Part shown: positions 1 to 9,345 of the stretch, in pieces
How positions within the stretch are numbered: position 1 is the first letter of the stretch
Layout of the letters: every line of letters begins with the position of its first letter
Origin: Promethearchaeota archaeon
GTDB taxonomy: Archaea; Asgardarchaeota; Lokiarchaeia; Sigyniarchaeales; SOKP01
DNA length: 64,000 nt
Assembly: GCA_019058445.1 (NCBI GenBank)
Contig: JAHPZA010000006.1
Span: 928,001-992,000 of the forward strand
Reading direction: 5' to 3'
Position numbers and translations under genes: made by a program
The notes under the pieces: model-generated
Database searches by the model: none
What the model saw: only the letters and a program-made list of their open reading frames with translations
Told to the model about the DNA's origin: nothing

Positions 1-1
1 G

Positions 2-292
2 TTTCCTAATAAAAGACTTGCTAAAACTAATGGAAAATTCTTAAGCTCGTTTATAAAGAATAGCAAAGAATTAAACGTTAAAGAAAACCCCAAGAAAATC
101 TATTTCGGCAGCCATTCGGATGGTTATTTTTTAATGAAAAAAGATTTTGTTGGTATTGGATTTGGTGATATGGAATCTTATAAATACATCCACTCAGTAA
201 ATGATACGATAGATAAAGTAGACCCCTATCTTCTAGCAGGACTTTGTAAAGCGATTACGATAAGTCTGAATGATCTTGTCTCTAACACTTAA
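2..292 (+). CDS. M28 family metallopeptidase, C-terminal fragment (gene truncated by window edge)
   Basis: Manual translation of frame 2: ...FGSHSDGYFL...YKYIHSVNDTIDKVDP...* (TAA 290-292). SD and H-S-x-x-D-T-x-D-K-V motifs match the M28 C-terminus and the M28 gene at 22879. Confidence 0.7.
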   Translation, partial: FPNKRLAKTNGKFLSSFIKNSKELNVKENPKKIYFGSHSDGYFLMKKDFVGIGFGDMESYKYIHSVNDTIDKVDPYLLAGLCKAITISLNDLVSNT

Positions 293-380
293 TTTTATTG
301 TCGAATAATTAAAAAATAATAAATAAATAATCAATGTAATTATAATCAGTGAGTAAGTTAAGGAACGATGATACATAATT

Positions 381-1922
381 TTGCCGAATAATAAGGAATT
401 AGGTTTAATAATTACCCCTCCAAAAACAGTGGATTATATTATTTCAAGATTAGGACCAATAAGTGCACATGATAGAATCTTGGATCCTTGCGTAGGACCT
501 GGTATCTTTGTGAAAAAATTACTCAATAAAGGAATTCAGAAAGAACAAATCTTCGCGTTTGATATTAATCCTGAATATAAGTCTGAAATGGAAAATTTAG
601 GAATATCTTTTAAATCACAAGACACATTATTAGCGTTATATCCTGACTCGTATAATGAGTTTGATTTTATAATTGGAAATCCCCCTTATTTAAACAAAGC
701 AAGTACATATGTTAGTGAAAATAAAGAAAAATTAAGAAAAATCTATGGTGAAATAAATGCTCATGAAACCTACGCTATGTTCATTGTTAATAGCATTTGG
801 CGTCTAAAGCATGGTGGCAAAATGGGTTTCATCACTAGTGATTCCTTTTTAACATTAAACACTCATACTCGGTTAAGAAAATTTATTTTAAATCATTGTA
901 AAATCGATGAGCTACTCTTAGTTCCGGAAAATCTTTTTGACAATCAAAATGTTAACACCAATCCTGTCATTATTATTTTAACTAAATGTTCTGGCAAAGA
1001 AAAGAGAAAAGAGAGACAAGAGAACATCATGAGAATTATTCCACGGATAAAAAATGAAGAAGATTATCAAAATATTAAAAATATTCATAAAATTACACAG
1101 GAAAAGTATGAATTACTCCCGTTTAACTTATTTTATGTAGACGTGGAAAAGGAGATAATCGACTTATTTGCACATGCCCCAAAATTAGAAAATTACATCA
1201 AAGGCTATATTGGGATGCATACTCACAATAACTTGAAATTCATTGCTGCAGTAGATGGTACTGATTTGGCTAAAATCTTTAGAAAACGAAATAAAAAACA
1301 AGGTGAGTCAAGAAAAAAACACAAAATCATCACTTTAAAAGAATTTGAATCTGGAAGATGGAAGCCATATTTGAAGAGAGGTGGTGCGGACCAATATTAT
1401 AGACCAATAATGGAAGCCTTAGATTGGAATAAAGACTCAATCCCTATCTATGATATCCCTAAAAATGTTCCTTTTGAAACAGAAGGTATTGTGATAAGTG
1501 GAGTTAGCTCAAATTTGGCTGCGAGATATATGCCAAAAGGATGCTACTGGGATTCTAATAAAGCAATAGGATTTATTATAAGGAATAATTCTATATCAAT
1601 TCATTATGCTCTGGGAGTAATCAACAGTTCTTTATATAATTATCTCGCTAAGGGGATAATTAATAATACTTCTAGCATTCAGATAAGCGGAATTCATGCC
1701 TTACCATTTATTTTACCTGATAATGATACAAAAGAAGAAGTAGAAAGGATCGTAAAAAATATCATAGATAATAAGAAGCAGAGTTTAAATTATGATTATA
1801 AAAATGATCAAAAAAAAATAGATAACATTGTTTATGACTTATACGCAAAGTTATTTAATTTTCCTCAAAATCTTAAAAAAAAATTACAAAAAGAATATTC
1901 AATTTATAAAGAAAAGAATTAA
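381..1922 (+). CDS. N6-adenine DNA methyltransferase (TaqI/Eco57I-like gamma class) with C-terminal target recognition domain
   Basis: Motif I ILDPCVGPGIF, motif IV IIGNPPY, GFITSDSFL, and a TaqI_C-like tail (LGVINSSLYNY...LPFILP). Confidence 0.85.
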   Translation: MPNNKELGLIITPPKTVDYIISRLGPISAHDRILDPCVGPGIFVKKLLNKGIQKEQIFAFDINPEYKSEMENLGISFKSQDTLLALYPDSYNEFDFIIGNPPYLNKASTYVSENKEKLRKIYGEINAHETYAMFIVNSIWRLKHGGKMGFITSDSFLTLNTHTRLRKFILNHCKIDELLLVPENLFDNQNVNTNPVIIILTKCSGKEKRKERQENIMRIIPRIKNEEDYQNIKNIHKITQEKYELLPFNLFYVDVEKEIIDLFAHAPKLENYIKGYIGMHTHNNLKFIAAVDGTDLAKIFRKRNKKQGESRKKHKIITLKEFESGRWKPYLKRGGADQYYRPIMEALDWNKDSIPIYDIPKNVPFETEGIVISGVSSNLAARYMPKGCYWDSNKAIGFIIRNNSISIHYALGVINSSLYNYLAKGIINNTSSIQISGIHALPFILPDNDTKEEVERIVKNIIDNKKQSLNYDYKNDQKKIDNIVYDLYAKLFNFPQNLKKKLQKEYSIYKEKN

Positions 1923-1928
1923 TAGCAT

Positions 1929-2156
1929 TTACTTATGTTGATGATTTAGTTTATTATTCGTTTTAGAGTCTAATTTTTTTAATTCTTGGGATTGTTTTGC
2001 CAGATTTCCAAATAAGTATCCCAATAAAATTCCGAAAAAAGAAGAGAAAATTAACAAAAAATAACTTCCAGAAATTAAAAGTAAATATAGACCAAGTATA
2101 AAACTTATGCTAAACATAAGTAAGAAAATTAATGTTTTTCTGTCCATATTTTTCAA
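1929..2156 (-). CDS. small membrane protein (2 TM)
   Basis: 75-aa ORF with two hydrophobic stretches and a basic tail. Confidence 0.55.
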   Translation of the reverse strand: MKNMDRKTLIFLLMFSISFILGLYLLLISGSYFLLIFSSFFGILLGYLFGNLAKQSQELKKLDSKTNNKLNHQHK

Positions 2157-2311
2157 CTCTTTATTTAATAAAATGAAAAAGAGTCACCTATTTGAATATA
2201 TTAATAAACTCTAATAAGTATACCATTAAAAATAATAATAAAAAGAAAGTAAAAATGGTTTTAAGATTATAAATACAAATTCATATGGATTAAAAATTGA
2301 AAAAAACAAAT

Positions 2312-3433
2312 TTAATGGATTCTCTCTTCAACTAATTTCGCTCTCATTTCAGCTTGACTCTTGATAGGGATGACATTTCTAACTTTTTCAAGCGTGATTG
2401 CTTCAGAAGGACAATTAGAAGCGCAAATCCCACAACCTATACAGAGATCAAGTCTTATTTTCATAAAGTCATCAGAAAGGTCATCTTTATGGGGCCAATG
2501 ATGATATATTGCGTTCATAGGGCAAATGTTCATGCAAGTTTCACATAAAGTGCATAACTGTCGATTAATTATTGGATCAAAATTAGATTTCGTAATGGAT
2601 CCATAATTGTTGAGTTCTTTTACTGATTTTAAAAAACCACAACAACAAGAACAGCAATTACAGACAAAGATTGCTGTATCTTGCATATTAAATGTTTGAT
2701 GCACTAATCCCTCTTTTTCAGCCCTCTCCATAACTTCCATTAACTCATCTAATATAACTTGACGACCAATGCCTTGTTCAATTACCATTTGCGCTAAAGT
2801 GCCCGTTGTTACACAATAATTTTCTTTTGTTTGTTTGCAAGGTTCTCCAGCTAATTTAGCAGCATTTCGACAACTACATGGAACAACGGCATAAATTTTC
2901 GGATTCGCATCAGAGAGATATTTCCTTAGGATTTCATATGGCATAATTTGGTGCTGAGCAGCTAAATCTTGGTTTATATCAATTGATTTTTCGGTTGGTT
3001 CTACTGCGGGAATAACTCGATAGATGGTATAGTTGCTTGCGCTTAGTTCTAAGGGAAAACCTAATCTAAATAATTCAAGATGGGCTTCTGCCACTTTTTT
3101 CATCCTGTTAGGATCATCCGTGCAATTCGTAAAATAAACCTCAAAACCCCCCGGAAGATAGGGCAATAATACATATAAAGTTCCTAACTTAGTAAGTTTA
3201 CCTTTATCATACATATTATTAAGAATTTTTTTTAGCTTATCTCTTGGTACTCCTGAAGGTTTTGCTATATCTCTAATATTTACCGGTTTACCAGCCTTTT
3301 TAAAGGAGGATACCAAAATCTCTGCTTCCTCTTCCGTATACATATTTGAAATTAATTTATAAGTTATTTCATGTTTAGGGAGCCCACCTTTTAATAGCCT
3401 TCTTAATTTTTCATATAGCTCTAAATTTGTCAT
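2312..3433 (-). CDS. 4Fe-4S dicluster protein with N-terminal winged-helix-like region and Cys-rich middle domain
   Basis: CSCR...C, CNCCSCCC, and two ferredoxin motifs CTLCETCMNICP and CIGCGICASNCP. Confidence 0.8.
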   Translation of the reverse strand: MTNLELYEKLRRLLKGGLPKHEITYKLISNMYTEEEAEILVSSFKKAGKPVNIRDIAKPSGVPRDKLKKILNNMYDKGKLTKLGTLYVLLPYLPGGFEVYFTNCTDDPNRMKKVAEAHLELFRLGFPLELSASNYTIYRVIPAVEPTEKSIDINQDLAAQHQIMPYEILRKYLSDANPKIYAVVPCSCRNAAKLAGEPCKQTKENYCVTTGTLAQMVIEQGIGRQVILDELMEVMERAEKEGLVHQTFNMQDTAIFVCNCCSCCCGFLKSVKELNNYGSITKSNFDPIINRQLCTLCETCMNICPMNAIYHHWPHKDDLSDDFMKIRLDLCIGCGICASNCPSEAITLEKVRNVIPIKSQAEMRAKLVEERIH

Positions 3434-3510
3434 AATTAGTTCTAGAAAACGTAATTTTTTTAAAATAATTTGTGATGCTAATTTAAATTATAAAAATTGA
3501 GGATTTTGCT

Positions 3511-4086
3511 TTATAGTTCATCTCTAATAGCTAATTTCTTTCCAAGTTCGTAACATTTATCTAATCTCTCTTGTTTCTTTAAAATTGCTCCCTTTTCACC
3601 GATACCCGGTACAATAATTTTCTCAATCAATGTCATTTCTAAATATTGAAAGCTTTTTTCAAACATATTTATTAAGGGTCTGGCAGTTCTAAGATCATCT
3701 TCCTCAAAGGGTACTACTAATAAAACTCTTTTACCCTTTATTTTCTCTCTATTTCCAGGACAGTTAAAATACACGAAGCGATCAAGAAAAGCTTTCATGA
3801 GTGCTGTAGGTCCATACCAATATACAGGAGTACCGAAGATAATTATTTCGCTTTCTATAATCTTAGGATAAAGTTTATTCATATCATCATGTTTGCTACA
3901 TTCATTACCTTTCCAACAACTATGGCATCCATCACATTCCTTTATATCCAAATCCTTTAATAGAATAATATCTCCGCTTGCGCCCGCTTTCTCAGCACCT
4001 TCAATTATTTTGGAGACAAGTACATGAGTGTTGCCATTTAGACGAGGACTTCCTACGATTCCAAGAATTTTCTTCATAAATTTCAT
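3511..4086 (-). CDS. iron-sulfur flavoprotein (Isf) / NADPH-dependent FMN reductase family
   Basis: GSPRxxGNT, CDGCHSCWKGNEC, GTPVYW. Confidence 0.85.
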   Translation of the reverse strand: MKFMKKILGIVGSPRLNGNTHVLVSKIIEGAEKAGASGDIILLKDLDIKECDGCHSCWKGNECSKHDDMNKLYPKIIESEIIIFGTPVYWYGPTALMKAFLDRFVYFNCPGNREKIKGKRVLLVVPFEEDDLRTARPLINMFEKSFQYLEMTLIEKIIVPGIGEKGAILKKQERLDKCYELGKKLAIRDEL

Positions 4087-4184
4087 CCCAAAATAAATTT
4101 AATTTCCAAATTGATTAAAATTATTATAAAAAAAATACTTTCAAAGAATTACTAATTCAAAAACAAGATTTAAAAAAAATATTT

Positions 4185-5171
4185 TTATATTAGTTTCTTT
4201 ACATTATCTTGAATCGATTTCGCATTTGGAACTATCTGCTTTTCTAAAGATTGTGAATAGGGAATTGGAACATCCGGGGTATTAAGCCGTATAATATTCT
4301 TCTTTAAATATTGAAAGCCCTCTTCTGCGACAAATGCTGCGATTTCCGCGCTCACAGAGCAAGTTTTACAACCCTCATCAACGATAAGCAGTTTTCCCGT
4401 TTTTTCAATAGAATTTAGAATAGATTTTTTATCCATTGGAACTAATGTTCTTGGATCGATTACTTCACAATGAATATTTTCCTCTTTTAGTTTATTAGCA
4501 GCATTTATACTTTCTTGAACCATAGCTCCCGTAGCGACAATTGTTACATCATCTCCTTCTGTAAATTTTCTCGCTTGACCAAATGGTATTGTGAAATTTT
4601 TATCTAAAGGAACCTCCCCACTTCGGAAATAACATTGTTTATTCTCAAAGAAGATAACTGGATCGTCATCCCTTATGGCAGTTTTTAATAAACCCTTAAA
4701 ATCAGCCGGTTCTGAGGGTAACACGACTTTCAAACCAGGCACATGCATGAACCATGACTCAAATGATTGGGAATGCTGTGCCGCGCCCATTATGCCAGTT
4801 CCAAACGGCGTTCTAATCGTAAGAGGAACAGAAATTTGTGCGCCATACATATATCTTGCTTTTGCTGCTTGATTCACTATCATTTCCATACATACGGTTA
4901 AAAAATCTGCGAACATAATTTCAGCAATAGGACGCATCCCTGCTATGGCAGCTCCCACAGCACATCCTAAAATCGCATTTTCACTAATTGGGGTTTCACG
5001 AACTCTATCAGCTCCAAATTTTTCTAATAAGCCTTTAGTGACAAAGAAAGGTCCTCCATAAGCTCCAATATCTTCTCCTAAGATAAATACCGATTCATCG
5101 CGTTCCATTTCTTCTTCAATAGCTAATCTTATTGCATCTGCACCTGACATTGTTTTAGTTTCTCCAGACAA
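4185..5171 (-). CDS. 2-oxoacid/acetoin dehydrogenase E1 beta subunit
   Basis: GEDIGAYGG, ETPISE, EIMFADF, AAQHSQS, EVIDPRTLVP. Likely start is TTG 5171 after GGAGGT; the ORF track extends to 5210. Confidence 0.9.
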   Translation of the reverse strand: MSGETKTMSGADAIRLAIEEEMERDESVFILGEDIGAYGGPFFVTKGLLEKFGADRVRETPISENAILGCAVGAAIAGMRPIAEIMFADFLTVCMEMIVNQAAKARYMYGAQISVPLTIRTPFGTGIMGAAQHSQSFESWFMHVPGLKVVLPSEPADFKGLLKTAIRDDDPVIFFENKQCYFRSGEVPLDKNFTIPFGQARKFTEGDDVTIVATGAMVQESINAANKLKEENIHCEVIDPRTLVPMDKKSILNSIEKTGKLLIVDEGCKTCSVSAEIAAFVAEEGFQYLKKNIIRLNTPDVPIPYSQSLEKQIVPNAKSIQDNVKKLI

Positions 5172-5172
5172 T

Positions 5173-6174
5173 TTAATTACCTCCATATTCGATGGGATTT
5201 TTATATACATTATCTAATGCAGTATTTGGGTCTGGTTTAGGGCTTTTTTTTGAAAATTTTACGCTTTCATCAATTAATATCAATGTTTTTTCCTCTATCT
5301 CTTGAATTATTTGTTGATCAACTAGCTCACCACGAATTAGCCTCGTTTTATATGCTTCAATCGGACATTTACGTTTCCATTCTTCTTTTTCTTCTGTAGA
5401 TCTGTATTTATCGGCATCCATCGTTGTTTGACCACCCCATCTATATGTCTTGCATTCAATCAATGTAGGACCACCTCCTTTTCGTGCAAATTCAACCGCC
5501 TCCTTTACAGTTTTATATACTTCGATAATATCATTTCCATTTATGGACAAGCCCTTCATACCATATCCTTGGGCTCGAAGGGAAAAATCTTTAATAGCAG
5601 TCACATTAGCAGAAGGAGTACTCCATCCATACAAGTTATTTTCTAACATAAAGATTATAGGAAGTTTCCATGCTGCAGCGAGATTCATTGATTCATGCAG
5701 CATTCCCTGATTTGCAGCCCCATCACCAAAGAAGGTTAGAATAACTCTACCCTCGTTTCTCAATTTTGAAGCTAAAGCTACCCCAAGTGCTAAGGGAGGA
5801 CCTGCTCCTACAATTCCGTTAGCACCTAGCATATGTTTGGAAAAATCAGCAACATGCATTGATCCGCCACGACCCTTACACATTCCATCCTTTTTTCCGT
5901 ATATTTCAGCCATTAATGAATTTAAATCCCCACCTTTAGCAAGAAAATGCCCATGTCCCCTATGTGTAGAAGTTATATAATCGTCCTCATTAATTGCAGC
6001 ACAAGCTCCGACAGCAATAGCTTCTTCGCCTATATAAGGGTGGACTAAAGGTGATTTAATTTTTCCAGCATCTTTTGTTATTCTTTCTTCAAAACTCCGA
6101 ATCAATAACATCTTCTTATATAAGTTAATTAATTCTTCAGGACTAAACTCTTTTGGAAACTCATCACTACTCAT
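5173..6174 (-). CDS. 2-oxoacid/acetoin dehydrogenase E1 alpha subunit
   Basis: HPYIGEEA, STHRGHGH, GRGGSMH, ThDP motif GDGA...ENN. Likely start is ATG 6174 after GAGGT; the ORF track extends to 6222. Confidence 0.9.
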   Translation of the reverse strand: MSSDEFPKEFSPEELINLYKKMLLIRSFEERITKDAGKIKSPLVHPYIGEEAIAVGACAAINEDDYITSTHRGHGHFLAKGGDLNSLMAEIYGKKDGMCKGRGGSMHVADFSKHMLGANGIVGAGPPLALGVALASKLRNEGRVILTFFGDGAANQGMLHESMNLAAAWKLPIIFMLENNLYGWSTPSANVTAIKDFSLRAQGYGMKGLSINGNDIIEVYKTVKEAVEFARKGGGPTLIECKTYRWGGQTTMDADKYRSTEEKEEWKRKCPIEAYKTRLIRGELVDQQIIQEIEEKTLILIDESVKFSKKSPKPDPNTALDNVYKNPIEYGGN

Positions 6175-6336
6175 GATTAAAACCTCTATTTTATGATTGA
6201 AATTCTCAAATTCAATATTCAATATAATGAACTTGTTATTAAAATTATTTTCAATCGGAAATATTTAATTCTTTCTTTTCATTGATAAATTCAAATATTA
6301 TTTATTACCAACTACTATAAATATTTCGCTGAAAAG

Positions 6337-7602
6337 ATGGGGCTCAGGATTTTATTAATAAATCCAAATAGGATGCGCAGTCCGCCAGTTATTCCAATTG
6401 GTTTGGAATATTTAACAGCTCCATTAGAAAAACAAGGTTATGATGTTAGGATAGTGGATTTATGCTTTTCTTCCTCTCCTATAGAAGATTTAGAAAATTA
6501 TCTAAGAAAAGAGAAATTTGATATCGTTGGTTTTTCGATTAGAAATATTGATTCTTGTATTTATTTTAATAATGAGTATTATTTGCCAGAATTTAAAAAA
6601 TTGATTGATTGTGTAAAACCACATAAGATTCCAATAATCTTAGGGGGGGCAGGTTTTTCTGCCATGCCCAATGAAATTTTAGAATATCTCCAAGCTGATT
6701 ATGGCATTATTGGTCCTGGTGAACGAGCATTTCCTAAGTTTTTAGAGGCATGGCAAGCAGATCAATTAGAAAACAAGATATTTAATGGATGGAATTATGG
6801 ATTAGATGATGATTTAATACAATTAAGAGCTAAAAGAGTTGATTATCAGAACTATTATTCTAATGAGGGAATAATTGGCTTTTCAACCCACGCGGGTTGT
6901 CAAAATCAATGTCCTTATTGTATAGAAGCAGGTACTAGGGTTTCATTTAGAAAAATACCAAATATCTTGAAAGAGATTGAGCATTTAGTAAATCTTGGTT
7001 ATACACATTTTCATTTATGTGATAGTGAATTTAATTCTGATTTAAATTACTCCATTGATTTTTGTAATGCTTTGGCAGAAAAATCCTTTCCCTTGAAATG
7101 GACGTTATATATGAAGCCATTTCCCTATAATGAGAAATTATTTCGAGTTCTGCATGAGTCTAATGCGTATTTAATAACACTTTCAGTTGATAGTGATAAG
7201 ATAACTCAAACCCTCAATAATTATTCTTATGATGATCTAGCTAAAATTATAGAACTTTGTAATAAATATAAAATTGAGGTAGCAATTGATTTGTTGACAG
7301 GTTATCCTTACGAGACGATCGATTCTACTATAGAAATATTAAAATTCTTTCAAAAGAATCGTCCTAAAACAGTTGGAATTAGTTTTTATTACCGCATATA
7401 TAAAAATACATCATTAGAAAACTCGATTAAAAATGACCCAGCTTTGCAAAAAAAACTTACCAGAGCATATATGGAAAAGGAAAACTTTTTGGAACCTATT
7501 TTTTTTAGCCAATATGAACAGGATGATTTAGAAGAGATAATTGCTGGGGATCAACTTTTCCGGATAGCTGGGGTTGAGGCTGGAGTGAACTATCAGCTAT
7601 AG
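6337..7602 (+). CDS. B12-binding domain radical SAM protein
   Basis: N-terminal cobalamin-binding region (PIGLEYL, GFSIRNID, ILGGAGFS, GPGE) and CQNQCPYC. Confidence 0.85.
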   Translation: MGLRILLINPNRMRSPPVIPIGLEYLTAPLEKQGYDVRIVDLCFSSSPIEDLENYLRKEKFDIVGFSIRNIDSCIYFNNEYYLPEFKKLIDCVKPHKIPIILGGAGFSAMPNEILEYLQADYGIIGPGERAFPKFLEAWQADQLENKIFNGWNYGLDDDLIQLRAKRVDYQNYYSNEGIIGFSTHAGCQNQCPYCIEAGTRVSFRKIPNILKEIEHLVNLGYTHFHLCDSEFNSDLNYSIDFCNALAEKSFPLKWTLYMKPFPYNEKLFRVLHESNAYLITLSVDSDKITQTLNNYSYDDLAKIIELCNKYKIEVAIDLLTGYPYETIDSTIEILKFFQKNRPKTVGISFYYRIYKNTSLENSIKNDPALQKKLTRAYMEKENFLEPIFFSQYEQDDLEEIIAGDQLFRIAGVEAGVNYQL

Positions 7603-7701
7603 AAAATTAACTTTTTCGGAAAGAAATTATTAGGGTAAGTCAAATAGATTAAAACTTTTAAATAGAAATAAAGCATTATTACAAATTGGAGGTTTAAAAA
7701 A

Positions 7702-7905
7702 ATGCCAATCGTCCATGTTAATGTTTGGAAAGGTTTTGGAGAAGAAAGAGTGAAAGTCTTAATTCAAAAAATAACACAAGCATTTGTTGATTTGGGAGTC
7801 CCCCAACATGCTGTAGAAATAGTAGTTCATGAAATTCCCAAAACACATTGGGGTGTTGGTGGAGAACCAGCTTCAGAAAAATTACCAGATGCGGGACCAA
7901 AATAG
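7702..7905 (+). CDS. 4-oxalocrotonate tautomerase family protein
   Basis: 67 aa, catalytic Pro1 (MPIVHV), HWGVGG C-terminal motif, GGAGG RBS upstream. Confidence 0.85.
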   Translation: MPIVHVNVWKGFGEERVKVLIQKITQAFVDLGVPQHAVEIVVHEIPKTHWGVGGEPASEKLPDAGPK

Positions 7906-8014
7906 TAAAAGAAATAGTAATAGAAATAAAAAAATTACTCTTTTTCTCTCTTTTTAATATCTTCAACGAAGCAATAATTAAAGAATTTTAAAAAATAAAG
8001 AATAGTTATAAAAA

Positions 8015-9136
8015 TTAATTAATGTTCAAATTTTCTTTTAATTTTTCTGCTAATGTTCCTAATCTGTTAGCTGTTGCTGATATTTCTTCCATTGAGGCTG
8101 TTTGTTCTTCAGTTGAAGCACTTATACCTTCCATTGAGGTTGTTGCAATCTGTATTTTTTTAATTATTTCATTAATTTTCTGCCCTGTATTCCCTACTGT
8201 AGATTTTGATTCTTCAGCTAATTTTCTAACCTCATCAGCAACCACGGCAAAACCTCTACCGTATTCACCAGCCCTTCCGGCTTCAATACTGGCATTTAAT
8301 GCTAATAAGTTGGTTTGTTCTGCAATATTTTGAATTAAATGCATTATATTCCGTAAATCATCGGAATTATTTTTAATTGCTAGAGCTTCTTGATTAACAT
8401 TTTGAACAGTTGAAGCGATCTCTTCAGAAGATGCATTTACTTCACTCGCGCTAGCTGCTAACTCAGTAGCTATATTCGATACGTTAATACTGGTTTCTGA
8501 AGCAGCGGAAATTACATTTATTAGTTTTTTATTTGTTTTTTCAAGCTGAAATTCTATATTCGCAACAATGCCATTAACAAGCAATATTGTTATATAAATT
8601 GTTGCTGAGATATTACCTAATAATAACGTTAGTTCTATGTCATAGTATGGAATAGTCTGAAAAAGGAGACCCATACATGCTGTAGATGAACATATCATAA
8701 AAAGTAGTGTTGTTGTTAGTTTTGTCTTAAGATATAATCGAAAAAGCATTATACTAGCTATAATTAGCAAAATTACTAAAAAAACCTGAAGTGCAATTAT
8801 AAATGGGCTAACAACGACAGCAGCAGTTAAAGAATTTGCTATTTGAGATTTTTTATCAGTAGGTTTTATATAGAATTTATAGTAATCTTTGAAAGCAGCA
8901 AAAAAAATGAATAATACGGTGATTATAAATATTAAATTAGCAATCAGTTGAATGGTAAAATCTACAAATTGAAAAATATAGAAGATATTTCCTAATGTAA
9001 ATGAAACGTAAATTGGTAACCAGCGAAACAATGTCCTATTCCGAAGACAAGCGATAAAAAAGATGATACTTCCAAGAATTAATAATATTGTATTAATTAT
9101 TGAAATTATAATTATAATTTCAACCACAGATACCAT
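8015..9136 (-). CDS. methyl-accepting chemotaxis protein with polytopic (6-7 TM) N-terminal sensor
   Basis: [38 protein letters not shown] hairpin tip; about 190 aa hydrophobic N-terminus. Confidence 0.9.
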   Translation of the reverse strand: MVSVVEIIIIISIINTILLILGSIIFFIACLRNRTLFRWLPIYVSFTLGNIFYIFQFVDFTIQLIANLIFIITVLFIFFAAFKDYYKFYIKPTDKKSQIANSLTAAVVVSPFIIALQVFLVILLIIASIMLFRLYLKTKLTTTLLFMICSSTACMGLLFQTIPYYDIELTLLLGNISATIYITILLVNGIVANIEFQLEKTNKKLINVISAASETSINVSNIATELAASASEVNASSEEIASTVQNVNQEALAIKNNSDDLRNIMHLIQNIAEQTNLLALNASIEAGRAGEYGRGFAVVADEVRKLAEESKSTVGNTGQKINEIIKKIQIATTSMEGISASTEEQTASMEEISATANRLGTLAEKLKENLNIN

Positions 9137-9345
9137 AATATCCCCTTTAGGTATAATTTATTTATGAGATTTTAAAATTTCTCAAATTAGTAATTAAAAC
9201 ATCGGGTGTTAATATTTAAACCGTAATTAAAATGAGTTTGTTGTTCTATGCAGAAGAACATAGTTTTTAAGACGATTAAAAACCTCTTAGCTAAAATTCT
9301 TAACTACAATTAGATATTATGAAATTTAAAAAAATTGATTTTAAA

